Below, in pieces: positions 46,468-55,114 of a DNA stretch of 64,000 nt (position 1 is its first letter; every line of letters begins with the position of its first letter). The stretch is taken from positions 2,632-66,631 of the forward strand of contig JAJEAI010000005.1 of the NCBI GenBank assembly GCA_022824205.1, written 5' to 3'. Made by a program: the position numbers and the translations under genes. The stretch is from Candidatus Binatia bacterium (lineage in GTDB: Bacteria > Desulfobacterota > Binatia > UBA9968 > JAJDTQ01). The notes beneath the pieces are model-generated. The model had not been told where the DNA came from, did no database searches, and saw nothing but the letters and a program-made list of their open reading frames with translations.

Positions 46468-47382
46468 TCAGTCGTCCTGGACGACTCCCTTGATCACGTA
46501 GTCGCCGGACTTCTCGTCCGCCTCCAGGTTCAGCAGGTTCTGGGACTGGGCCTCTTCCAGCAGCTTCCCGAAGGAGCGGAAGCCGTGGTAGCGCTCGTTG
46601 AAGCCGGGCTTGCGGCGCTTGAGCGTCTGCTTGACCATGGAGCCCCAGATCGTGTCCTTGGCGCCGCGCTCGTCGAACAGGTGGGCGACGGTTTCCACCA
46701 CCAGGTCCAGGGCTTCCTGAGCCTCCTTCAGCTCCCTTTCCTCGGCCGGGGCCTTCTCCTCGGCCGAAGCCTTGTCCTCGGCCGGCACCTTCTCCTCCGG
46801 CGCCGCCTTCTCCCCCGGCGGCGGCGTCGCGGTCTTGCGCGATGCGCGCCCGGTCCGCTCGCGCTTGGCGCCGCCCCGGCGCTTCGACTCGCGCACCAGG
46901 TCGTCGTAGTAGATGAACTCGTCGCAGTTGGCGATGAGCAGGTCCGAGGTGGAGTTCTTCACGCCGACGCCGATGACCACCTTGTTGTTCTCGCGCAGCT
47001 TGCTCACCAGCGCGGAGAAGTCGGAGTCGCCGCTGATGATCACGAAGGTGTCCACGTGCGACTTCGTGTAGCAGAGGTCGAGGGCGTCCACCACCATGCG
47101 GATGTCCGCCGAGTTCTTGCCCGACTGGCGCACGTGGGGAATCTCGATCAGCTCGAAGGAGGCCTCGTGCATGACCGGCTTGTACTCGCGGTAGCGTTCC
47201 CAGTCGCAGTAGGCCTTCTTGACGACGATCTTGCCCTTGACGAGCAGGCGGTCAAGGACCTTGCGCATGTCGAAATTGGCATAGCGCGCGTCGCGCACGC
47301 CGATGGCGATGTTCTCGAAGTCGCAGTAGAGCGCCAGGTTTTCGGTCTGTGTCGCGTTGTCGTTCTGGTTTTTTTCAGCCAC
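46468..47382 (-). CDS. NYN (LabA-like) nuclease domain protein with C-terminal OST-HTH/LOTUS domain
   Basis: LALYCDFENIAIG...SGKNSADIRMVVDALD...FVIISGDSDFSALVSKLRE (NYN acidic residues). A Lys/Glu/Pro/Ala-rich linker follows, then C-terminal WGSMVKQTLKRRKPGFNERYHGFRSFGKLLEEA. Confidence 0.7.
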   Translation of the reverse strand: MAEKNQNDNATQTENLALYCDFENIAIGVRDARYANFDMRKVLDRLLVKGKIVVKKAYCDWERYREYKPVMHEASFELIEIPHVRQSGKNSADIRMVVDALDLCYTKSHVDTFVIISGDSDFSALVSKLRENNKVVIGVGVKNSTSDLLIANCDEFIYYDDLVRESKRRGGAKRERTGRASRKTATPPPGEKAAPEEKVPAEDKASAEEKAPAEERELKEAQEALDLVVETVAHLFDERGAKDTIWGSMVKQTLKRRKPGFNERYHGFRSFGKLLEEAQSQNLLNLEADEKSGDYVIKGVVQDD

Positions 47383-47385
47383 CGC

Positions 47386-48345
47386 TCACCTCTTCACCAC
47401 GTTCACCGGAGACCCCTCCATGTAGCCCTTGATGGCGGCGAGGTAGCCGTCGAAGTAGGCGCCGTAGTTCGCCTCTTCCACGTAGCCGAGGTGCGGCGTG
47501 ATGATCGTGTTGTTGCAATCGCGTAGCGGATGGTCCAGCGGCAGCGGCTCGGTGTCGAAGACGTCCAGGCCCGCCCCGCCGATGACGCCGCGCCGCAGGG
47601 CGTCCACCAGCGCGGCTTCGTCGACGATGGGGCCACGGGAGGTGTTGACGATCAGGGCCGTGGGCTTCATTCGCGCCAGGTCGGCGCTCCGGAACAACCC
47701 GCGGGTGCGGTCGCTCAGCACCAAGTGGATGGTGAGGACGTCGGAGCGCACCAGCAGTTCCTCCTTGCTCACCAGGGTCACGCCCACCTCCCGGCAACGC
47801 TCCTCGGTCAGGTTCTGGCTCCACGCGATCACGTCCATGTCGAAGGCGAGCCCCACGCGGGCTACGCGGGCGCCGAGCTTGCCCAGGCCGGCCAGACCCA
47901 GGGTCTTGCCCGGAAGGCCCGTGCCTACGGTCTCCTGCCAACCTCCCGCCCGCGTGGCCCGGTCTTCTTGCGGGATGTGTCGCAACAGTCCGAGGATGAG
48001 GCCCCAGGTGAGTTCCGCCGTGGGCGCGCCCACGCTGGCCGTGCCGCACACGGCCACCCCCCTTTCGCGCGCGCAGTCCAGGTCGATGGACGCGTTGCGC
48101 ATGCCGCTCGTTACCAGCAGCCGCAGGTTGGGCAGGCGCTCCAGAAGCGTGCGCCTGAAGGGCGTACGCTCGCGCATGACGCACACCGCGTCGAACGGCC
48201 GCAGCCGTTCGGCGAGTGCGTCGTCATCACTCAAATGGTCGTGGAAAACCGTCGTCTCCAGGCCTTCCGGCATCTCCCGCGCTTTCAGAAGCGAACGGGC
48301 AACGTTCTGATAATCATCCAGGAAGGCGGCTCGTACCTTGCTCAT
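47386..48345 (-). CDS. D-isomer-specific 2-hydroxyacid dehydrogenase family protein
   Basis: GLAGLGKLGARVA NAD-binding motif...NTSRGPIVD...TPHLGY. Confidence 0.85.
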   Translation of the reverse strand: MSKVRAAFLDDYQNVARSLLKAREMPEGLETTVFHDHLSDDDALAERLRPFDAVCVMRERTPFRRTLLERLPNLRLLVTSGMRNASIDLDCARERGVAVCGTASVGAPTAELTWGLILGLLRHIPQEDRATRAGGWQETVGTGLPGKTLGLAGLGKLGARVARVGLAFDMDVIAWSQNLTEERCREVGVTLVSKEELLVRSDVLTIHLVLSDRTRGLFRSADLARMKPTALIVNTSRGPIVDEAALVDALRRGVIGGAGLDVFDTEPLPLDHPLRDCNNTIITPHLGYVEEANYGAYFDGYLAAIKGYMEGSPVNVVKR

Positions 48346-48464
48346 GTGTACCTTTCAGGGTGCTCACGCACGGACGCGGCCTGCCCTGCGTCCAGCGCTC
48401 CGTGCGTGGACGGCGCGCCGGGCAGGCCGGTGAAACGCGACAGCGAGGGAGTCCCACAGGTTCT

Positions 48465-49088
48465 TCAGGACTCGAGGTCGCGGAGAACGGCGCGGCAGGG
48501 AGCTCCGTCCGCGCCGGCGATGCAGACGGGAAAGCAGATCAACTCGTACGTCCCCGGTCGGATGTCCGTCAGGTCGACTCCCTCCAGGAGCGCGAGCCCG
48601 TGGTCGAGGAAGGCCCGGTGCACCGGCACCTGCTCGTCCGCGTGGGCCACCGAGAGGTAGTCGAGCCCGACGAGCCGGTAGCCCTTGGCCACCAGGGCGT
48701 CGGCCGCCTCTACCGAGAAGGCCACGAAGTCGGGGTCATACACGGCACGCCGGAGCAGCTCGGAATTGCTCGTCTTGAACAGGACGCGCTCGCCCGGCGG
48801 GAGCTGGGCGACGTGCTCCGCGGTGATGTAGCGTTGCGCATCCACCTCGTGCACCAGGGCCGGCCCGATGAAAAGCTCCAGCGGCAGCTCATCGATGGAT
48901 GCGCCTCCGGCAACGAAGTGGAAGGGCGCATCCATGTGCGTGCCGCTGTGGACGCTCATGTTCACGCTGGAGGAGTTGTTGTGGTCGCCTCGCTCCATGC
49001 GCCTGCGGTCCACCAACTCGAAAGGCGCCCCCGTCACCCAGCGGGCCGTAGCGGGACCGAGCTTTAGCGAGATGTCGTAGTACTGCAT
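48465..49088 (-). CDS. cyclase family protein (kynurenine formamidase-like)
   Basis: HSGTHMDAPFHF metal-binding motif; 207 aa. Confidence 0.8.
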   Translation of the reverse strand: MQYYDISLKLGPATARWVTGAPFELVDRRRMERGDHNNSSSVNMSVHSGTHMDAPFHFVAGGASIDELPLELFIGPALVHEVDAQRYITAEHVAQLPPGERVLFKTSNSELLRRAVYDPDFVAFSVEAADALVAKGYRLVGLDYLSVAHADEQVPVHRAFLDHGLALLEGVDLTDIRPGTYELICFPVCIAGADGAPCRAVLRDLES

Positions 49089-49106
49089 CGTGTTTCCGGA
49101 CTGTAG

Positions 49107-49967
49107 CTACAAGTCCTTGCACAGGGTGGATTGAGGCACTTCCGCACAGAATTGCACCAGCCACTCCCGCTGCGCGGGGTCGATCGCCGGCGACGGTGTC
49201 TCCTGCCCTGCCTGCCCGGAACCGGCCGGATCGACGCGCTTCGGTGTGCCGTCGCCTTGCGCCTTCAGAAGCGCCGCGACCTCGGCGTAACGCCGCTGGG
49301 TAGCCTTCATGCTCTCTTCCAACGCAAGGGAAAACTCGTCCCAGCGCTTGTCGTCACGTTCGTTGCGCTGAGCGAGCACCTGCCCTTGCTCTTTTACGGT
49401 GTCCGCCACCGCCGCCAGACGCTTTTCCAGGTTCGCCAAAGTCTGGCCTTGCCGCGCCGTCGACCCCGAGGGCTTGGCGAGATCGGTTCCCAGGTCCTTC
49501 AGTTGCTTGGTCAGGCTCCCCTGGTTCTTTTCCACGAGCTCGGACAACTGCCGGTTCCCTTGCGCCACGCTACGGCCCAACTCCTGCTCAAGACTCTCCC
49601 GCACGGCGGCCAGGCTCTTGTCCCGCTGGTCCCGAAGCTGTTGCGCCCACTTCTTCAACTCCTGCTGCAACACCTCCCGCTGCGCGGCGGTGAGCGCGGC
49701 CGTGAGCTTGCCCTCCAATCCGGTCCCGTCCGAGTTTCCCGACAAGCCGCCGGCTCCGAGCAACTCCACCGTCTCGCGCACCCGCGCGAGCTGCCCTTCG
49801 GCATGGGCGAGCGAGATCATCATCTCGGTCAGGTTGGATTGGTTGCCCTGGGCCGTCCGCGCGAGCGACACCTTCAGATCGCGTATCTCCCACGCGGTAT
49901 AGCCCAGCGCCACCGTGGCCGCCACGAGTATCAGGAACGCAATCGTCTTGCCGAACAGCGAACTCAT
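49107..49967 (-). CDS. membrane-anchored coiled-coil hypothetical protein
   Basis: N-terminal TM segment IAFLILVAATVALGYTAW, followed by about 230 aa of heptad-like Q/E/L/K-rich sequence. Confidence 0.5.
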   Translation of the reverse strand: MSSLFGKTIAFLILVAATVALGYTAWEIRDLKVSLARTAQGNQSNLTEMMISLAHAEGQLARVRETVELLGAGGLSGNSDGTGLEGKLTAALTAAQREVLQQELKKWAQQLRDQRDKSLAAVRESLEQELGRSVAQGNRQLSELVEKNQGSLTKQLKDLGTDLAKPSGSTARQGQTLANLEKRLAAVADTVKEQGQVLAQRNERDDKRWDEFSLALEESMKATQRRYAEVAALLKAQGDGTPKRVDPAGSGQAGQETPSPAIDPAQREWLVQFCAEVPQSTLCKDL

Positions 49968-50003
49968 CGGCGTGGTCGCCGGCGGCCGGTCCCGGCCACC
50001 GGG

Positions 50004-50750
50004 TCAGTTGGCCGCGGCCTCCAGCCGGCCGGCGGCTTCGGCGCTGAGTTGGGGGCGCACGAAGGCCTGGTAGATGGACTCGTTCTGAAGCCACATGATG
50101 TCCACCCGGGTTCTCACGGCCGCGCGCATCTCCTCCTGAAGCCCCGCGTCCATGACATGTTCCTTGATCACATCCACGATGAAGTTTCCGTGTCCTTCAT
50201 CATGGTACTCGTGTGCCCGGAAGAACGCCAACGCCTCCGAGGGTATCCAGGAATAATTCGTCTCAAGGGCCTGGCGCTCTTCGCCCATGCGCTTGGGGCC
50301 CTCCCCCTCGAAGACCAGACCGGTGCCGATGGCTACGGCCCAGTGGCTCTGCTGCACCAGTTGCACGTACATCTCCAGGGCGGCCTTGATTCCCGGCAGG
50401 GGCTCGTAGCCTTGCATCTCCTCCCGCGAAATGCCCAGGCCCTCGCCGAAACGGGTCCACAACTCCGCGTGGCTGGGGTACTCCCCGCCGAACAGATCCT
50501 CGCCTTCCTCCTCCACCATGTTCTCCAGCAGCATGCGCCGCAACGCCTGGACGGGGCACTTCTGGTAGCGGATGCCGAAGAACCGGTGGATGTTGCGGAA
50601 CTCGTGGAACTGGTTCTTGGCCCATCCCTGCAACTGCTCCCGGGTGAGGTCTCCACCCAGGAGCAGTCGGCGGACCGGATGCACCGGATACCGGCCCCGC
50701 AGCACACGACGGAGGTCGTCGATCAGCGCTTCCGGCTCGAGCACTTCCAT
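50004..50750 (-). CDS. PqqC/TenA-like (haem-oxygenase-fold) iron-containing redox enzyme family protein
   Basis: LTREQLQGWAKNQFHEFRNIHRFF...HAELW...FFRAHEYHDEGH helical pattern. Confidence 0.55.
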   Translation of the reverse strand: MEVLEPEALIDDLRRVLRGRYPVHPVRRLLLGGDLTREQLQGWAKNQFHEFRNIHRFFGIRYQKCPVQALRRMLLENMVEEEGEDLFGGEYPSHAELWTRFGEGLGISREEMQGYEPLPGIKAALEMYVQLVQQSHWAVAIGTGLVFEGEGPKRMGEERQALETNYSWIPSEALAFFRAHEYHDEGHGNFIVDVIKEHVMDAGLQEEMRAAVRTRVDIMWLQNESIYQAFVRPQLSAEAAGRLEAAAN

Positions 50751-50774
50751 CTCTGCCTCCCGCCTGTGCCCCGG

Positions 50775-52448
50775 CTACTGCCCGGGGACGAAGAGCTGCT
50801 GGCGCCGCACCTGGCCGGGGAACACGTCCTTGCACTCGCCCTCCTCCAGCACCACCTCGCCGTTGACCACCACCGCGCCTATGCCCGGCGGATGGCGGAA
50901 GATCTCGTTCTCGTCGAGCTTCTTGGGCATGCGCTTGCTGGCGAGGTCATCGATCTTGTCCGGGTCGAACACGGTGACGTCGGCCGGCAGACCGGTCTTG
51001 AGGATACCCCGGTTCATTCTCAGCTTGGCCGCCGGATGACCGGTCACCTTGTGCACCGCTTCCTCCAGGTTGAAGAGGTTCTTGTCGCGGCGCCAGTAGC
51101 CCAACACGCGGGTGGGGGCGCCATGCCAGAAGAAACGGTCCAGGTGTGCGCCCGCGTCGGTGCCGATGAGCCCCTCGGTGGTCTTGATCATGTCGGCCAG
51201 CAGGTCCATGTGCCCGTTGGCGAAACCCTGGTAGTAGAGCTTCGACGCCAGTCCATCTTCCAGCCACGTGTCGAAGAAGGCATCCGCCTCGGACTTGCCG
51301 CCGGCCGCGGCGAGTTCCGCGACGTTCTGTCCCTCGCGGGACTGGAGGTCCGCGCGCTCCATCGCGTCGAAATATACGCCTTGCCACCCGAGCCACTCGC
51401 TGTAGGCGGGCTCGCCGGCGTTCTCGCGCCGCTGCTCGTCCAGCTTGCGGCGCACGTCGGGATCCTGGAGCTTGCGCGCCAGCTCGCCGCGGTTCTGCTT
51501 GATCTCCTCCCAAAGGGGCAGGCCGTCGAAGATGAAGCAGTCGTCGATGTCGAAGCGCCGGATGTGCGAATAGGGGATCACCACGCCGTAGATGTCCTTG
51601 CCCTGTCCCCGCGCTTCCTTCATGTAGTCGATGGCGCGTTCTCCGTCTCCCCTTTCACCGGGCCGCACACGGAACTCGTTGCCGATCATCGGCACGTTGA
51701 TCTTCTCCACCAGATCCGGGAACCCGCTCTCGGGCTTCAGGAGGTTGCCGAAGCCGTTGAACTGGAAGCAGCCGCCGTACTCGCCGGCCACGTTGGCCAA
51801 GGTCGCCATCTCCTCCTGGGTGGCCAGGGTGCTGGGAGTGCCGGCGTGGATGGCCGGGCCGCCGCGCGGGCTGGACGAGAAGCCGATGCCGCCGGCCTCC
51901 ATGCCCTCGCGCACCATCTGCTTCATGCTCTCCAGCTCCTCGGGCGTGGCTTCGCGCTGGTAGGCCGCCTCGCCCATGACCACCAGCCGCACCGGGGAGT
52001 GAGGCACCAGGGCGGCGACGTTCACGCCCACGCGGCCCTCGAGATAGTCCAGGTACTCGGGGAAGGTCGTCCACTTCCAGTCGTCGTCGTTCACATAGTC
52101 GTCGAGCACCCGGCGCAGGTACTTGATCAGCACGTCGCGCGGCTCGCCCTTGGGCGGCACCGGCGCGATGGAGGCGCCGCAGTCGCCGATGACGATGGAG
52201 GTGACGCCGTAGTTGACCACGGGGTTGCCGTGGGGATACTGCACGATGAAGAGGTCCATGTGGGTGTGGGAGTCGATGAATCCCGGCGCCACCACCTGGC
52301 CGTGCGCGTCGAGCTCGGTCGTGCCCGGCCCGACGTTCTTGCCGATGTCCGCGATGGTTCCTCCATCGACCGCCACGTCCGCCTCGAAGCCGGGGCTTCC
52401 GGTGCCGTCGACCACCAGCCCGTTCTTGATGACCAGGTCATGTGCCAT
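50775..52448 (-). CDS. D-aminoacylase-like amidohydrolase
   Basis: DLVIKNGLVVDGTG...GQVVAPGFIDSHTHMD; 557 aa. Confidence 0.8.
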   Translation of the reverse strand: MAHDLVIKNGLVVDGTGSPGFEADVAVDGGTIADIGKNVGPGTTELDAHGQVVAPGFIDSHTHMDLFIVQYPHGNPVVNYGVTSIVIGDCGASIAPVPPKGEPRDVLIKYLRRVLDDYVNDDDWKWTTFPEYLDYLEGRVGVNVAALVPHSPVRLVVMGEAAYQREATPEELESMKQMVREGMEAGGIGFSSSPRGGPAIHAGTPSTLATQEEMATLANVAGEYGGCFQFNGFGNLLKPESGFPDLVEKINVPMIGNEFRVRPGERGDGERAIDYMKEARGQGKDIYGVVIPYSHIRRFDIDDCFIFDGLPLWEEIKQNRGELARKLQDPDVRRKLDEQRRENAGEPAYSEWLGWQGVYFDAMERADLQSREGQNVAELAAAGGKSEADAFFDTWLEDGLASKLYYQGFANGHMDLLADMIKTTEGLIGTDAGAHLDRFFWHGAPTRVLGYWRRDKNLFNLEEAVHKVTGHPAAKLRMNRGILKTGLPADVTVFDPDKIDDLASKRMPKKLDENEIFRHPPGIGAVVVNGEVVLEEGECKDVFPGQVRRQQLFVPGQ

Positions 52449-52599
52449 GATTCTCCCCCTCTTGCCGGGTGTGGAATTTTGCTTGTCCGACTCCCCTAGT
52501 TAGACCGAAAGTCTGCATCGCGTCAAGGAAAGGCGCCTCGCGAACCGTCGCGGCAACGCGACGCTGGACGGTGTTCCCGCTTTTGACTAGACTCCCCGC

Positions 52600-54258
52600 G
52601 TGACTCATTTGTCGTCAGACGTCCTGGTGGTGGGAGCGGGCGGAGCGGGCATGTACGCGGCCATCGCCGCGGCGAAACAGGATGCGTCCGTGCTGTTGCT
52701 GGACAAGTCCCTCGTGGGGCGCGGCGGCGCCACCATCATGGCGCAGATGACCGTTGCCGCGGCCATCGGCCATGAAGAGCGTGACCACTGGGCCGACCAC
52801 CTCGACGACACGCTGGCGGCGGGCCGCGAGCTGTGCGACGAGAGACTCGCGCGCCTCTTGTGCGAGAACGGCCCCGCCCGGATCTTCGAGATGGACCGCT
52901 GGGGCGCCCACTGGGCGCGCGGCGGCGGCGGGCGCATCCGGCAGGTCCAGGCCCCGGGGCACGGCCGCGCGCGCTGCTGCTACGTGGACTTCCTCAACAC
53001 CGGGCCGGGGGTGGCGGGGACGCTGCGACGCCAGGTGAGCACGATGAGCGGGGTGCGCCGGGTCAGCAACGTGACGGTCACCGACGTCGTCGCCCACGAC
53101 GGCCGCGCCGTGGGCGCCGTGGGCGTGGACGTGGTCTCCGGCGACGTCGTCACCTTCGCGGCCAAGGCGGTCATCCTGGCGGCAGGCGGGCTCACCAAGA
53201 TATTCCGGCGCAACAGCGCCTCCACCAACATGGGCGGCGAGGCCTACGCTCTGGCGCTGCGGGCCGGGGCCGAACTCATCGACATGGAGTTCGTGCAGTT
53301 CTTCCCCATCGCCCACCTGGCGCCCCGGCTCGTGGGCATGGACCCCATCATGTGGGACCCCTTCCGCTACAAGCTCGGCGGCAGGCTGCTGAACGGGGAC
53401 TTCGAGGAGTTCATGCACCGCTACGGCGGCCAGGACGGCGGCAAGTACACCACGGTGCGCGACCAGGCATCCTACGCCATCCTGAAGGAGGTGGAGGCGG
53501 GCCGGGGCTCACCCCACGGCGGCGTCTACCTGGACTTCCGGCACGTTCCCGACGCGACCCTGCGGGACGCCTTCGGCCCGGTCATCGACCGGCTGGCGAC
53601 GAACGGCATCGACCTCACGAAGACGCCGGTGGAGGTGGCGCCCACGGCGCACTATCACATGGGCGGCATCCGCGTGGACGAGCGCATGGAGACCCGCGTG
53701 CCGGGCCTGTACGCCGCCGGCGAGGCCGTGGGCGGCGCCAACGGCGCCAACCGCCTGTCCGGCAACGCCATTACCGAGGCACTGGTGTTCGGCGAATGCG
53801 CGGGACGCGCGGCCGGCAACGCCGCGGCCGGCATCCCCTCGGGTTGGAACGACGCGGCGGCGGCGGACGCCGTGGGGCGCCTCCGGCGCACCGCGGACAC
53901 GATGCCGGAAGACGGCGTCCCGGCCAACGTCCTGCAACGCCGGCTGCAGGACCTCATGTGGGAGGACGTCGGTTCTTTCCGAACCGGCGAGCAACTCCGG
54001 CGCGCGCTCGACGGCATCCGCGAGATCCGGGGGACGCCCGCCACGGTGCATTCCGCCGGCGGCTACAACCTGGACCTGCAGGACCGGCTGGAGCTGCACG
54101 CCATGCTCACCACCGCCGAAGCGGTGACACGCGCCGCCCTGGGCCGTGCCGAGAGCCGCGGCGCCCACCAGCGCCTGGACTTCCCGGAGAGCGACCCGGC
54201 ACTGGTGCGGAACCAGAAGATCGAAATGAGGGGCGAAGAACTTGCGGCGCGCTGGTAG
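52600..54258 (+). CDS. FAD-binding flavoprotein of the succinate dehydrogenase/fumarate reductase/L-aspartate oxidase family
   Basis: DVLVVGAGGAGMYAA...HYHMGGIRVD...ESRGAHQRLDFPE. GTG start. Confidence 0.8.
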   Translation: MTHLSSDVLVVGAGGAGMYAAIAAAKQDASVLLLDKSLVGRGGATIMAQMTVAAAIGHEERDHWADHLDDTLAAGRELCDERLARLLCENGPARIFEMDRWGAHWARGGGGRIRQVQAPGHGRARCCYVDFLNTGPGVAGTLRRQVSTMSGVRRVSNVTVTDVVAHDGRAVGAVGVDVVSGDVVTFAAKAVILAAGGLTKIFRRNSASTNMGGEAYALALRAGAELIDMEFVQFFPIAHLAPRLVGMDPIMWDPFRYKLGGRLLNGDFEEFMHRYGGQDGGKYTTVRDQASYAILKEVEAGRGSPHGGVYLDFRHVPDATLRDAFGPVIDRLATNGIDLTKTPVEVAPTAHYHMGGIRVDERMETRVPGLYAAGEAVGGANGANRLSGNAITEALVFGECAGRAAGNAAAGIPSGWNDAAAADAVGRLRRTADTMPEDGVPANVLQRRLQDLMWEDVGSFRTGEQLRRALDGIREIRGTPATVHSAGGYNLDLQDRLELHAMLTTAEAVTRAALGRAESRGAHQRLDFPESDPALVRNQKIEMRGEELAARW

Positions 54259-54285
54259 GATGGGGGCAAGGCCAATGCCGCGAGT

Positions 54286-54490
54286 CGTCATCCGCGCGAA
54301 ACAGACCGTGCAATGACTCCGCTCGGCAAAGCGCTCGGCGAAGAAGTGGCACCCACGCCCCGAATCAGGACGGCACCCCGCCCCGAACCGTCATTCCCGC
54401 GCAAGCGGGAATCCAGGGGTGGGGCGGCGGGGAATACGCTCGTTCGGCCCCTCTCCGCCCCTGGATGTCCGCTTGCGCGGGAATGACGAT
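54286..54490. repeat. family 1 composite REP-like element
   Basis: cgtcatccgcgcgaaacagaccgtgcaa...ccgtcattcccgcgcaagcgggaatccaggggtgggg ... cccctggatgtccgcttgcgcgggaatgacg. Confidence 0.85.
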
Positions 54491-54532
54491 TCGGGGCGGG
54501 GGCGCCGTGCTGTCATGCGTGGTGGACACTAG

Positions 54533-54659
54533 ACACTAGTGTGGTGTCTGGTTGATTCGCAGCATAATATGCGGAGGATTTTTCGTTGACGGCGAGGCGC
54601 GATGACGACAATAAATCCAGCGCAACATTATGCCCCTTATTTGCGGGACGCGACACTAG
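54533..54659. repeat. second, shorter copy of the convergent-hairpin palindromic element seen at 7531-7740
   Basis: The right arm 54603-54659 (tgacgacaataaatccagcgcaacattatgccccttatttgcgggacgcgacactag) closely matches 7683-7740. The left arm is degenerate (ctagtgt...gcataatatgcggaggatttttcgttgacggc). Confidence 0.6.
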
Positions 54660-54702
54660 AAGCGGCTTGGCAAGCCGGAGTTCAGGAGTAACGAGCTTGA
54701 AC

Positions 54703-55062
54703 ATGAACATGGACGCCACGACAGCGCGGACCAGCCAGGTCACCACCGAGCTGCGCGTGCGGCGCGGCGGCAGCCAAGACCCGGAACGGTACGACATGTA
54801 CCGGGTACCCTACGAGGAGGGCATGTCCATCCTCGACGCGCTGGTGTGGGTCCGCGCCCACGTGGACTCGAGCCTCGCGGTCCGCTACGGCTGCGTCAAC
54901 GCCAACGCGTGCAAGACCTGCATGGCGCTGGTGGACGGACAGGTCGCCTACCTGTGCACCGCGCGCCTCCCGCGCGACGGCAGCCGCGTGGACCCGTTAC
55001 CCAAGCGGCCGTTGATCCGCGACCTCGTAACCGATACGGTGCCCGACGACGAGAAGCTGTAG
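54703..55062 (+). CDS. 2Fe-2S-only SdhB/FrdB N-terminal-domain-like protein
   Basis: YRVPYEEGMSILDALVWVRAHVDSSLAVRYGCVNANACKTCMALVDGQVAYLC...PLIRDLVTD. The 4Fe-4S/3Fe-4S half is absent. Start taken at the ATG at 54703. Confidence 0.6.
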   Translation: MNMDATTARTSQVTTELRVRRGGSQDPERYDMYRVPYEEGMSILDALVWVRAHVDSSLAVRYGCVNANACKTCMALVDGQVAYLCTARLPRDGSRVDPLPKRPLIRDLVTDTVPDDEKL

Positions 55063-55114
55063 GCGCCAAGGCCGGCATCGCGCCATGACGGAGCCATGAC
55101 GGAGTAACCATACC

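Noticed and set aside
49131-52499. 1122-aa + strand ORF, the longest in the track. Similar giants are 9080..11416 (-), 22080..24884 (+), 39980..42427 (+), 26895..28586 (+), 15047..16876 (+) and 44988..46493 (+).
   Set aside because: Each lies antisense to genes with clear family signatures (amidohydrolase, PqqC-like, XDH large subunits, RND pump, TctA, UbiD, MFS). Their translations are Arg/Gly/His/Pro/Ala-rich with no motifs, as expected for stop-poor antisense frames in high-GC DNA.
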